Shown: positions 50,691-60,496, numbered from the stretch's first letter. The stretch is DNA of 64,000 nucleotides from an uncultured bacterium (GCA_964452465.1 CAYVMD010000006.1:2425-66424); one strand, 5' to 3'. Translations and numbers: made by a program. The notes: a model not told the origin generated them from the letters alone.

Positions 50691-51635
50691 TTACTGGAAT
50701 TTCTTTAGGAATTCGTCGACGTTCTCCTTCGTCACCAATTGCACGGGCACATAGATCTCCTTCTCCACTTTTCCTCCTTTTAGCACTTCGAGGGCTATAT
50801 CGACCGCCATCCTTCCCATCTCCTCGGGTTGCTGGGCTACTGTGGCAAGCAGTTTCCCCGCTTTGATCGCCTCCAAAGCATCTTTATTGCCATCGAATCC
50901 TATAACCTTTATCTTGCCGACCTTCCCCACCGCCTCTATGGCCTGCAGGGCGCCGAGCGCCATTTCATCGTTCTGAGCGAAGACCGCATCCAAGTTTGGA
51001 TGCTTTTGCAGGATGTCCTCCATGACCTGCATAGCCAGGTCCCGGCGGGAATCCGCCGGGCGCTTAGCGACTATCTTTATCTGTGTCCCCTTCAAAGCAT
51101 CCTCAAAGCCCTGTCCCCTCTTCTGAGCGTTCACTGCCCCCAACTGGCACTGGATATGTGCTACATTCCCTTTTCCCTTGAGTGCCTTCTTGAGGAACTC
51201 CCCTGCCAACTGCCCTCCCTTATAGTTATCCGAGATAATGAGGGAGGCATACTCCCCTCCACTTACTCCTATATCCACTATCACCACGGGGATACCCGCC
51301 TTATTAGCGGATTTAACCGCCGGCACTATTGGGTCGCTCTCGTAAGGGGAGATAAGGAGGACATCCACCTTCTTTTGAATTAGGTCATCGACATCGTTCA
51401 ATTGCTTATAGGGGTTATCCTGGGCATCCGCCACGATCACCTTTATCCCCGTTTTGTCGCACTCCTCCCTTATCCCCTTGGTGACCCTTATCCAGAAGGT
51501 ATTGTTCAAGGCGGGCGTGGAGTAGCCAATGGTAAACACCTCCCTCCCTTCCTTCTTCACCGCCTGCTTCTTTCCGCAACTCAAAAAGAGAACGGGAAGG
51601 AGGAAAGCAAGTATAAGCAAGCTCCTCTTCATCAT
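50691..51635 (-). CDS. Sugar ABC transporter substrate-binding lipoprotein (RbsB/LacI-type periplasmic binding fold)
   Basis: RBS GGAGGTG. Lipoprotein signal LFLSC. Type-I periplasmic binding protein motifs. No permease or ATPase gene is adjacent. Confidence 0.8.
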   Translation of the reverse strand: MMKRSLLILAFLLPVLFLSCGKKQAVKKEGREVFTIGYSTPALNNTFWIRVTKGIREECDKTGIKVIVADAQDNPYKQLNDVDDLIQKKVDVLLISPYESDPIVPAVKSANKAGIPVVIVDIGVSGGEYASLIISDNYKGGQLAGEFLKKALKGKGNVAHIQCQLGAVNAQKRGQGFEDALKGTQIKIVAKRPADSRRDLAMQVMEDILQKHPNLDAVFAQNDEMALGALQAIEAVGKVGKIKVIGFDGNKDALEAIKAGKLLATVAQQPEEMGRMAVDIALEVLKGGKVEKEIYVPVQLVTKENVDEFLKKFQ

Positions 51636-52227
51636 CCTTCACCTCCGATTCGTATTATACCTCTTCGAGATTCTTCCCGATAGATATTCTATTATTCTCT
51701 ATTATTCATCGATGATAAATGAACAAAGCCTTTCCGTATAGTTCGCCCTTTCCTTGAGCAATTCCCTCCCAAGATTTCCTAATAGGAAAATGGAACGAAG
51801 GACAGGGGACAAAAGGCGGGAATCCCCCAAGTCACCTTGGATATCTCCCTCTTCACCTTTCCTCGGTTACGCGGGATTCCCCATTGCCACCTCCATAGCC
51901 ATAACTGCGGGATGTCTTCTCCTTTGGGAGGGACGTGCTTTCTCATCTTCTTGGGGGTGGGCTATCTGGTCAAATTCCCCGAGGCGGATCGCCTCAAGGA
52001 AGCGTTGAGGTGATTAGAGGAAGCATTCAAGAAAGTCAAACCGACGAATTACTCAAACTGCGGTTGCGAGTGCCACTGGAATTATTGAAGTTCCCTCTTT
52101 CCTTATGAAGATAAAATCTCTTCGAGGTCAATTTACGGTTAATCATGCTCGTCAAATTTGAGGAAACACGGGATTTGACGCATTGGGGGAAAAACTTTAC
52201 CCTTTAGTGGAAAGGAGTGAGAAACGG

Positions 52228-52788
52228 ATGTCGTGGATTTGGGTTGCCGTTGTCCTGTTCGTTATCTTCATCCTGTGGCCTATATCCATCTACAATGGGC
52301 TGGTGCGAAGGAGGGTTAGGGCAGATAACGCTTGGAGGCAGATAGATGTCCAACTCAAAAGAAGACACGACCTTATACCCAACCTCGTAGAGGCGGTTAA
52401 AGGCTACATGAAATATGAGAGGGAAACCCTGGAGCGGGTTATAGAAGCAAGGGGGAAAGCGGTCTCCGCTTCCACCATAGAGGAGAGCGGTAGAGCGGAA
52501 GGAGAGCTAACCCGCGCTCTCCGCCAACTATTCGCCCTTTTCGAGCGTTACCCCGACCTTAAAGCGAACCAGAATGTTATGCAACTTCAGGAGGAGTTGA
52601 CGCACACGGAGAATAACATCGCCTTTTCCCGCCAATTTTATAACGATGTGGTGATGGATTACAATACCTCCATTCAGGTTTTCCCTAACTCCATCATCGC
52701 TTCCCTCTTTAATTTCCAGCCCAAGCCCTTTTACCGATTGGAGGTAGAGGAAGAAACATCTGCCCCCCGCGTGGACCTCGGCATTTAA
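52228..52788 (+). CDS. lemA: LemA family membrane protein
   Basis: RBS GGAGTG. N-terminal TM segment, then the LemA core YNGLVRRRVRADNAWRQIDVQLKRRHDLIPNLVE. Confidence 0.85.
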   Translation: MSWIWVAVVLFVIFILWPISIYNGLVRRRVRADNAWRQIDVQLKRRHDLIPNLVEAVKGYMKYERETLERVIEARGKAVSASTIEESGRAEGELTRALRQLFALFERYPDLKANQNVMQLQEELTHTENNIAFSRQFYNDVVMDYNTSIQVFPNSIIASLFNFQPKPFYRLEVEEETSAPRVDLGI

Positions 52789-52794
52789 CGGGTT

Positions 52795-53760
52795 ATGGGC
52801 ATCACCTTTTACAGCCTTGCCGAACAGAATAGGCGTAAGACCTTTCTTTTGATATCCGTCCTCACCTTGCTCCTTTGTTTCTTGGGCTTTCTCGTTGATG
52901 CCTTTTATCTCGATTTCCCCCACCATTTTCCCTATCCCATCTTCTCCCTCATCGCCTTCCTCGTTGCCCTCACCCAGGCTCTCATCGCCTATTATCAGGG
53001 GGACAGGATAGTGCTGTCCTCCCTTCGTGCCCGTCCAGCCAGCAGGGAGGTCCTCCAAGAGAGGATGCTTATAAATGTAGTGGAAGAGATGAGCATAGCC
53101 TCGGGTCTTCCTATACCAAAGGTTTACATAATAGATAGCGAGATGCCCAATGCCTGTGCCACGGGGAGAACTCCCTCCAACGCCTCCATCTGCGTTACCT
53201 CGGGGTTATTGGACATGATGGATAGGGAGGAGCTCCAGGGGGTGATAGGGCACGAGATCGCCCATATAAGAAATAGGGATATATTGGTTATGACCGTTAC
53301 CGCTGTTCTTTTGGGAACGATCGTTATCCTGGCTGACCTCGTGCGTCGATTTCCTCGTGCTGATAGGGAGAACTATGGAGTAGGCAGAGGGAAGGGTAGG
53401 GGATCTCCTATTCTCCTCGTTTTCCTCATAATCTTCGCCATACTCGCCCCCCTCATCGCTCGACTCATTTTCCTTGCCGTTTCCCGGAGCAGGGAATACA
53501 TTGCCGATGCCCATGGTGCTGAATTCACCCGCAATCCTCTTGGCTTAGCCCAGGCATTGGAAAAAATAGAGCGTTATCAGGCGAGCAGGATCCTCAAGGG
53601 AGTTCCTTCTATTTTAGCGAATCCTGCCCTTGCCCATCTTTTCATCGCCGATCCCCTAAACAGAGGGATAAACGAGAGGGAGGGGTTTTGGGCGACCCTC
53701 TGGAGCACTCATCCTCCCATACTCCGACGCATCCAACTTTTGAAAGAAATGGCGGTTTGA
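52795..53760 (+). CDS. htpX: Zinc metalloprotease HtpX (peptidase M48)
   Basis: Four TM helices and the HEIAHIRNRD zinc-binding motif. The lemA-htpX pairing is a common conserved neighbourhood. Confidence 0.85.
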   Translation: MGITFYSLAEQNRRKTFLLISVLTLLLCFLGFLVDAFYLDFPHHFPYPIFSLIAFLVALTQALIAYYQGDRIVLSSLRARPASREVLQERMLINVVEEMSIASGLPIPKVYIIDSEMPNACATGRTPSNASICVTSGLLDMMDREELQGVIGHEIAHIRNRDILVMTVTAVLLGTIVILADLVRRFPRADRENYGVGRGKGRGSPILLVFLIIFAILAPLIARLIFLAVSRSREYIADAHGAEFTRNPLGLAQALEKIERYQASRILKGVPSILANPALAHLFIADPLNRGINEREGFWATLWSTHPPILRRIQLLKEMAV

Positions 53761-53771
53761 GGACTTTTTAT

Positions 53772-53799
53772 TTGACGAATTCGCATATGTTGTTAGAAT
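53772..53799 (+). promoter_or_regulatory. Putative promoter of the ABC fusion gene (TTGACG-16-TGtTAGAAT)
   Basis: -35 TTGACG at 53772-53777 and an extended -10-like TGTTAGAAT at 53791-53799. Confidence 0.4.
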
Positions 53800-53839
53800 T
53801 ACTAACTTGCTAATAAGAAAGCCGGAGGTGAAAGAAAGG

Positions 53840-56581
53840 ATGGTGAATTTAGAAGAACCACCATTACATCTCCTAAGCGAAACGAAAGAGCGCTTGGGGG
53901 AGGAAGAAATTAAGTTGCTTCTTGCTTCGGACCTGGGGGAAGAAGATGGAACAACCGATTATCTTGCCATTACTAAATCTCGACTTGCTGTAATCTCCGC
54001 TTCTCCCGATGGCAGTAGAACGAAGTATATATTCGATCTCAAAGATATAGAGGATGTAAGATCGACCCCCCTCGTCGGGTGCGGAGCTTTGGAGGCGAGG
54101 ATCAATGGGGAATGGGTGAGGCTCCTTCGCTATTCCAATGTTCTTGCTCCTCAATTTGCCCTTGCCTCCAAAAACATAATGAACTTGAAGGAAGGGCGGG
54201 AGGAATTAGAGGAGGATAAAGAAATAAGGAGATGCCCCAAATGCAATATGCCCCTTCCTTCGGGTTCCCAGGTTTGTCCCAGATGTCTTCCCAAGGGTAA
54301 AGTTCTTCGGCGTCTCCTTTCCTATGCCAAACCGTATAAGTGGGTCCTTGCTCTTGCAGGAGCCCTCGTTCTAATAGACACCGCTCTTAACCTGGTTCCC
54401 CTTTATATCAATCGATACCTTGTGGATAACATCCTCATCCCCCGCAAGGAAGGGTGGGTGCTGGGGATCATGATCCTCGCTTGGCTACTCATAAGGGTGG
54501 TGAGCACGGGGATAGTGATTTCGAGGGGAAGGTTGACCGCAAAGACGGGGCAAAGGATGATGTATGACCTCCGCACTGCCCTTTATCGAACCCTCCAGCG
54601 GCTCTCGGTCACTTTCTATGATAAATACCCCACGGGTTCCCTTATCTCCCGTATCACCCAGGACATAAGCTCCCTCCAGGGGTTCCTTGCCCACGATATA
54701 CATTTCTTTGCTGCTAACATCCTTCTCCTCATAGGTATAAGTGCGGTCCTCATCCAGATGAATTGGGAACTCGCTCTCCTTACCCTTCTCCCAGCCCCCC
54801 TTATCATCTTCTTCGTCTCCTCCGTGTGGCGTTATATCTATCTCAATTATCGCAGGCTTTGGCATAGATGGAGCAGGTTCGTGGCTATCCTCAGTGATTC
54901 CCTCTCGGGAGTGCGAGTAATAAAGGCATTCGCCCAGGAGGATAAGGAGGCGCAAAGGTTCGACAAAAGGGCAACCGCACTTTGGGAGGCAGGTGTAAGG
55001 GCAGAGTTGCTCAACGCTACTTTCGCTCCCGTCCTTTCCTTGCTCATAGGCTCTACCTCCTTCATTATTTGGTACTTCGGAGGTAAGGAAGTTGTGGGTG
55101 GGGCGATGACTACGGGGACCCTTTTTGCTTTTCTCTCCGCCCTTGGCATGCTCTTTGGTCCCATCCAGGTAGTCCTTCAGATGAGCACGAGCATCGCCAA
55201 TGCTCTTGCTGCCTCCGAGAGGGTCTTCGAGATAATGGATGCGGAGACGGAGGAGGTTGAGGAGGGCGGACCGAAGATCTCGATGCCTTATGTCTACGGC
55301 AATGTGGAGTTCCGGAATGTTACCTTCGGCTACGATAAGTACCAACCCATTCTCCACAATATCAATCTGAAAGTAAGGGCGGGAGAAATGGTGGGGATAG
55401 TGGGGCCGAGCGGAGCGGGGAAGACCACCATCATCAACCTCATCTGTAGATTTTATCTTCCCACCGAAGGGGAAATCCTGATCGACGGTGTGAACATCAA
55501 GGATATAAACATCGAGGATTTAAGGAAACAAATTGGATTGGTTCCCCAGGAGCCCTTCCTCTTCCACAGCACCATAGCGGATAACATCGCCTATGCTAAG
55601 GAAGGCGCCAACAAAAAGGAAATCATAAGGTGTGCTAAAGCGGCTAACGCTCATGATTTTATCCTTTTCTACCCCGATGGCTACGATACCATGGTGGGGG
55701 AAAGGGGGACCCGCCTCTCAGGTGGTCAAAGGCAAAGGGTTGCAATAGCCCGTGCCCTTCTCCATAATCCCCGCATCCTCATCCTCGATGAGGCGACTTC
55801 CTCCGTGGACACGGAAGCGGAGAAGCAGATCCAAGAAGCGCTTACGAGATTGGTGAGGGGGAGGACCACTTTTGCCATTGCCCACCGCTTATCCACCTTG
55901 AGGATAGCTGACCGTATAGTCGTCCTCAAGAACGGGAGAATTGTGGAGGAAGGAAGAAGTGAGGAGCTTCTTTCCTATGATAGTGAATACAAGAGGCTCG
56001 TGGAGCTCCAAGCGGGTCCCATCACCTCTCCGGATCAGTGGACGATTAAAAGGGAGGAAGTGGAGGAAATGGACATCGGTCCCCTTTTCCTTCCTCCTTC
56101 CTCGGTTAGATTCGAAAGAACGGAGGGAAATGTGCTGAAGCTCTGGGTAGAGGGAGTAGGTGAATTTCGCAAGGTCTCCCTCCGCAGGCTCTTCCCTCTT
56201 ACCGACCCCGATCATTATATAAGCGTCCTTAACACTGACTATCGGGAAGTGGATACCCATCAGGAGATAGGCGTTATAGTGGATCTCTCCCTTCTTCCCG
56301 AGGATTCTCGACGCTTGGTAGAGCAGGAACTCCAACGCACCTACTTCATAGCCCAGGTTAAGAGGATAATTTCCCTTAAGGAGCTCTACGGTTTCACCGA
56401 ATGGGTTGTGGAAACCGACAAAGGGCAAAGGAAGTTCCTCACATGGGGGCTCCACCACAGCGTAATAGATATGGGGGGAAGAAGGTTGATAATAGTCGAT
56501 GTGGATGACATTTACTACGAGATAAAGGACTGGGCGCTCCTCGATCCTAAAAGCATTGCTTTCCTGAGGAGAATCCTCTAA
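53840..56581 (+). CDS. ABC exporter (transmembrane domain plus ATPase) fused to an N-terminal PH-like plus zinc-ribbon module and a C-terminal DUF1854-like domain
   Basis: ATG with RBS GGAGGTG (the ORF-track TTG at 53807 is less likely). Residues 1-140: PH-like segment, then CPKCNMPLPSGSQVCPRC. Six TM helices, Walker A GPSGAGKTT, signature LSGGQRQRVAIARALL. A further C-terminal region of about 180 aa resembles DUF1854. Confidence 0.8.
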   Translation: MVNLEEPPLHLLSETKERLGEEEIKLLLASDLGEEDGTTDYLAITKSRLAVISASPDGSRTKYIFDLKDIEDVRSTPLVGCGALEARINGEWVRLLRYSNVLAPQFALASKNIMNLKEGREELEEDKEIRRCPKCNMPLPSGSQVCPRCLPKGKVLRRLLSYAKPYKWVLALAGALVLIDTALNLVPLYINRYLVDNILIPRKEGWVLGIMILAWLLIRVVSTGIVISRGRLTAKTGQRMMYDLRTALYRTLQRLSVTFYDKYPTGSLISRITQDISSLQGFLAHDIHFFAANILLLIGISAVLIQMNWELALLTLLPAPLIIFFVSSVWRYIYLNYRRLWHRWSRFVAILSDSLSGVRVIKAFAQEDKEAQRFDKRATALWEAGVRAELLNATFAPVLSLLIGSTSFIIWYFGGKEVVGGAMTTGTLFAFLSALGMLFGPIQVVLQMSTSIANALAASERVFEIMDAETEEVEEGGPKISMPYVYGNVEFRNVTFGYDKYQPILHNINLKVRAGEMVGIVGPSGAGKTTIINLICRFYLPTEGEILIDGVNIKDINIEDLRKQIGLVPQEPFLFHSTIADNIAYAKEGANKKEIIRCAKAANAHDFILFYPDGYDTMVGERGTRLSGGQRQRVAIARALLHNPRILILDEATSSVDTEAEKQIQEALTRLVRGRTTFAIAHRLSTLRIADRIVVLKNGRIVEEGRSEELLSYDSEYKRLVELQAGPITSPDQWTIKREEVEEMDIGPLFLPPSSVRFERTEGNVLKLWVEGVGEFRKVSLRRLFPLTDPDHYISVLNTDYREVDTHQEIGVIVDLSLLPEDSRRLVEQELQRTYFIAQVKRIISLKELYGFTEWVVETDKGQRKFLTWGLHHSVIDMGGRRLIIVDVDDIYYEIKDWALLDPKSIAFLRRIL

Positions 56582-56591
56582 AATGGATTAA

Positions 56592-57251
56592 ATGCCCCCA
56601 GATGCAACCCAGCGAGGATTATTCATCGCCATAGAAGGAGGGGAGGGCGTTGGTAAATCCACTCAAGCCCGCCTCCTTTATGAACATCTGAGGCAACGTT
56701 TCCCAACCGTCCTCACCAAGGAGCCCGCAGGCACTAAACTGGGCGAGAGGATAAAAGATATCCTCTACGAGCCCTCCTTATATCCTCTTCACCCCCTCGC
56801 TGAACTTTTCCTCTTCTTATCCGCTCGAGCCCAACATATTCAAGAGGTGATAAAACCTGCCCTCTCGGAAGGGAGGATCGTGATATCCGATAGATTCGCC
56901 CTTTCCTCCCTCGCTTATCAAGGCTTTGGGAGGGGTGTTCCCCTCGAGGTAATAGAGGAACTAAACGCCTTGGCTTGTGAGGGCATCTCCCCCGATCTCG
57001 TTATTTATATAGACCTTCCTCCCGAAGAAGGCGTAAAACGCCATCCACCCAACACCTTTCATACTGAAGACCTCCTCTTCCATAGAAAGGTAAGGGAAGG
57101 CTTCCTCCACTATGCTCGCCTTTGCCCCCAAACGATAAAAGTGGTTAGAGGGGAAAGGTCCATAGAGGAGATACACGAGGAGATAAAGGGTTTTGTGGAG
57201 GACTTGATAAGGAGGTGGAAAGATGAAGCTCCTCATAACTGTGGTCCATAA
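56592..57251 (+). CDS. tmk: Thymidylate kinase
   Basis: FIAIEGGEGVGKSTQ P-loop, a DRF/DRY-type motif, and a lid region. Confidence 0.9.
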   Translation: MPPDATQRGLFIAIEGGEGVGKSTQARLLYEHLRQRFPTVLTKEPAGTKLGERIKDILYEPSLYPLHPLAELFLFLSARAQHIQEVIKPALSEGRIVISDRFALSSLAYQGFGRGVPLEVIEELNALACEGISPDLVIYIDLPPEEGVKRHPPNTFHTEDLLFHRKVREGFLHYARLCPQTIKVVRGERSIEEIHEEIKGFVEDLIRRWKDEAPHNCGP

Positions 57252-57555
57252 CAGGGATAAGAACGCGCTTTCTTCCGCCCTTCTATCCGCTGGTTACCGT
57301 TTCACGGAGGTAGCCTCTACGGGTGGGCTCCTTAGGGAAGGAAACACGACTTTCTTAATCGGAGTGGAGGAGGAAGACCTGCAAAATGTCCTCTCCATAG
57401 TGGAGAAGAACTGTAAGACGAGGGAGCAATTCATCACCTCTCGTCCCCTCACCATAAGCGATCCTTCTGCTTGGACCCTGCCTATCCCCGTGAAGATTCA
57501 GGTGGGAGGAGCGGTGGTCTTCGTCATAGATGTAGAATCCTTCCACAGGTTCTAA
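57223..57555 (+). CDS. darA: PII-like c-di-AMP receptor DarA/YaaQ (DUF970)-like protein
   Basis: 110 aa, MKLLITVVHNRDKNALSSALLSAGYRFTEVASTGGLLREGNTTFLIGVEEE. Sits between tmk and holB, as yaaQ does in Firmicutes. Confidence 0.6.
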   Translation: MKLLITVVHNRDKNALSSALLSAGYRFTEVASTGGLLREGNTTFLIGVEEEDLQNVLSIVEKNCKTREQFITSRPLTISDPSAWTLPIPVKIQVGGAVVFVIDVESFHRF

Positions 57556-57556
57556 C

Positions 57557-58588
57557 ATGTCCTTTAGGGACATAATAGGACAGGAACAGGTCATAGAGAT
57601 TCTCAAATCCTATGCTAAAGGAGGGAAGATCCCCCACGCCTATCTCTTCGTTGGTCCCAAGGGAGTTGGGAAGACCACTTGCGCCTTAAACTTCGCCAAA
57701 TTGCTCAATTGTTCCCATGTCGCGCCTGATATGGAACCCTGTGATTCTTGTTCTTCCTGTGTTGCTATTGATGAAGGTTATCATCCCGACCTCTATTTCC
57801 TTTCTCCATCCGAGGAGGGAAGGGAAATAGGTATAGATGAGGTTAGGAATTGGCGTCAATCGGCCCAGATGTCCTCAGCTTGGGGGAGGTGGAAGATATT
57901 CATAGTGGAATCCGCCGAGCTTTTAACCCCTGAAGCAGAGGATGCCCTCCTTAAGATCCTGGAGGAACCTCCCCCCAACTCCCTCTTCATCCTCCTCTCC
58001 ACTTCTCTAAACGATGTCGCCCCCACCATCGCCTCTCGGTGCCACCTCCTGCGTTTTAAACCGGTAAAAATAGAGGAGGTGGCTCAGTTTCTGGAGAGGA
58101 GGTTCCCTTCCCTTTCTGCTCCCCAAGTCCTTGCTAACCTTTCGGAAGGACGCGTTGGGCTTGCCATCAGGCTCGCCGAGGATCAGCAGGTCTTTCATTC
58201 CACGCGGAACACCCTCTTTTCCCTTTTCCTAAATCTTCCCACCCATCCCTTCTACGCTTTGCGCGCTACCCAAAGGTTTCTCTCCCTCCCCGCCCCCTAT
58301 CAAGAGGAAAAGGAGAAAGCGCAGTTTCTCCTTCTCCTTTCCTCTACGATCTTCCGAGATCTTCTTTCGCTTTACCTAACTGGAGACCCCTCTTTCCTCA
58401 TCAATGTAGATAAGGAAGAGGTTCTCCTTCAGCATTATCAACGCTATTCCCTTTCCTATCTCCTCTTCGCCCTGAACACCCTCCAGAGGACTTACTACCT
58501 CCTCTCTCCTCATCTCACCACCAACCTGCGCCTCGCTCTGGAGGTTATGTTCCTGGACCTAATAGAGGGGAAGGAAAAGTACTCCTAA
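57557..58588 (+). CDS. holB: DNA polymerase III subunit delta'
   Basis: AAA+ motifs AYLFVGPKGVGKTT and a zinc module CSHVAPDMEPCDSCSSC. Lies downstream of tmk. Confidence 0.85.
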   Translation: MSFRDIIGQEQVIEILKSYAKGGKIPHAYLFVGPKGVGKTTCALNFAKLLNCSHVAPDMEPCDSCSSCVAIDEGYHPDLYFLSPSEEGREIGIDEVRNWRQSAQMSSAWGRWKIFIVESAELLTPEAEDALLKILEEPPPNSLFILLSTSLNDVAPTIASRCHLLRFKPVKIEEVAQFLERRFPSLSAPQVLANLSEGRVGLAIRLAEDQQVFHSTRNTLFSLFLNLPTHPFYALRATQRFLSLPAPYQEEKEKAQFLLLLSSTIFRDLLSLYLTGDPSFLINVDKEEVLLQHYQRYSLSYLLFALNTLQRTYYLLSPHLTTNLRLALEVMFLDLIEGKEKYS

Positions 58589-59619
58589 AGTTCCACCTCC
58601 TTATGTTTGCATGCCGATTCGTAGATGCCGTTTAAGATTTTCTGGATCTTTATCGCTTCCTCTATGTTTGGTATCGGCTCCTTGTCCTCTAAGATGCATT
58701 CGACGAAGTGATTTATCTCCTCGTAGAAGGCATCAACTCGAGGGAGGCGGGGCACTATATCCACGGGTTGCCCTCCCATGTCGGTGAACAGCCTGAGGGG
58801 GGACCATTCCGCTCCTCCCTTAGTGCCTTGGATGGCAGCTCCTAAGCGATCGCTTTCAATATGGGAGGCCCAGCTGACCTGCAGCAATATGGAAGCGCCG
58901 TTCTGGAACCTTATGAAAGCGTTAGCCAGGTCCTCCACATTGAAAACCCCTCCCGGCTCGGGTATGCCCCATCCTCCCACACCTTCACCGTAGGGACCGA
59001 ACTTGGCGTAGGTCTCGGCGCTTATGCTCTTCACCTCGGGATAGCCCATGATATAAAGTAGGAGATCAAGGATGTGAACCCCTATATCAATGACCGGTCC
59101 ACCGCCAGATCTCTCCAATTGGGTAAACCATCCTCCCATGCCTGGGATGCCCTTGCGCCTCTGCCACAATCCTATGGCGGAGTAGATTTCGCCGAAGAAT
59201 CCCTGGGTCGCCAATTCCTTGAGGTATCTTCCTTCGGCGCTGAACCTCTGCACGAGGGCGGTCATGTATTTCTTCCCCGTTTTGAGCACCGCTTCCTTCA
59301 TCTTCTCCACTTCTTGAACATTCCTGGCTGGGGGTTTCTCGCAGAGGACATGCTTCCCTGCCTCCAGGGCGGCGACGGTCACCGGCATATGGAGATCGTT
59401 GGGAGTGCAGACGGATACCGCGTCTAATTCCTCCATCTCCAGCATATCCTTGTAATCGGTGAAGGTGTGGGGCACCTCGTATTCCTTGGCTAAACGCTTC
59501 AGGAGATCCTCGCGCACATCGCAGAGGGCTAATACCTCCACCTTGGGGTGCTTCTTGTAAGCGTCAAGGTGAACTCGTCCTATGCCTAAGCCGACTATAC
59601 CGACTCTTACTTTATCCAT
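58585..59619 (-). CDS. Gfo/Idh/MocA family NAD(P)-dependent oxidoreductase
   Basis: Rossmann N-terminus VRVGIVGLGIGRVHLDAY, an EKP motif, and the family's C-terminal alpha/beta domain. Confidence 0.85.
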   Translation of the reverse strand: MDKVRVGIVGLGIGRVHLDAYKKHPKVEVLALCDVREDLLKRLAKEYEVPHTFTDYKDMLEMEELDAVSVCTPNDLHMPVTVAALEAGKHVLCEKPPARNVQEVEKMKEAVLKTGKKYMTALVQRFSAEGRYLKELATQGFFGEIYSAIGLWQRRKGIPGMGGWFTQLERSGGGPVIDIGVHILDLLLYIMGYPEVKSISAETYAKFGPYGEGVGGWGIPEPGGVFNVEDLANAFIRFQNGASILLQVSWASHIESDRLGAAIQGTKGGAEWSPLRLFTDMGGQPVDIVPRLPRVDAFYEEINHFVECILEDKEPIPNIEEAIKIQKILNGIYESACKHKEVEL

Positions 59620-59644
59620 TTAAATTTTCACCTCCGAGGGATTT

Positions 59645-60496
59645 TTATATCACGAATTGGGAAAGATGCTTAAGCCCCAGGAGCAGACCCTCCTTGAATC
59701 GCGGTCCATGGAACACGGGGTCCTCATGCTCTATGTCGAGGTTCCCCTCGTAACCGACATCGAGGAGGGCTGAGACCACCGCCTGCCAATCCACCTCACC
59801 CCATCCGGGGATCCTATACCTCCACCAGCCCGAGCCGTAGATGGTCGCTTTGCCCAATTTGCTGTAGAAGATTTCTGTATCCTTGGCATGCACATGGAAG
59901 ATCCTGTCCCCGAAATCCCTTATCGCTTGGATATAATCCGCTTGGAGCCAGAGGAGGTGGGAGGGGTCGTATTCCAGCCCAAGGTAGGGGGAGTCGACGG
60001 CAGAGAAGATCATCTCCCAAGCCTCGGGAGTGAAGGCGATGTTGACGCCACGGAAGGGGTGCCCTCCCATCATTGGGCAGTTTTCCAGGGCGATCTTCAC
60101 ATTTCTCTTCTCCGCTTTCTCAACATAGGGAAGGAATACCTCCTTGAAGATGGGGATGTTATCCTCAATGGATAGGTCGGGGACCCTACCAGCGAAGGTG
60201 CAAACGACGCGCACATCCATTTCGGCGGCGACATCCAAGAGCTTGAGGAAATATTGGTTGATCCTCTTTCGCCTCTCCTCCTCGGGATCGAGGTGGTTGG
60301 TGTAGAAGCCCAGGGCAGAGATCTGGATGTTGTATTTGTCGCAGATGCGTCGAACCTCGTCTATGTCCCTGCTGGTGAGCTTCTCCGCATCCAAAGCGGA
60401 ACCAGGTCCTGCGCCCAGCTCCAAACTACCGAAGCCCACTTCGCTCGCCCAACGCACGATCTCTTCGTTGTAATCGGTGAGGAACCCTATGCGCAT
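59645..60496 (-). CDS. Sugar phosphate isomerase/epimerase (xylose isomerase-like TIM barrel)
   Basis: AP_endonuc_2/xylose-isomerase-like fold (MRIGFLTDY..., HVHAKD, LDIEHED). Confidence 0.8.
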   Translation of the reverse strand: MRIGFLTDYNEEIVRWASEVGFGSLELGAGPGSALDAEKLTSRDIDEVRRICDKYNIQISALGFYTNHLDPEEERRKRINQYFLKLLDVAAEMDVRVVCTFAGRVPDLSIEDNIPIFKEVFLPYVEKAEKRNVKIALENCPMMGGHPFRGVNIAFTPEAWEMIFSAVDSPYLGLEYDPSHLLWLQADYIQAIRDFGDRIFHVHAKDTEIFYSKLGKATIYGSGWWRYRIPGWGEVDWQAVVSALLDVGYEGNLDIEHEDPVFHGPRFKEGLLLGLKHLSQFVI

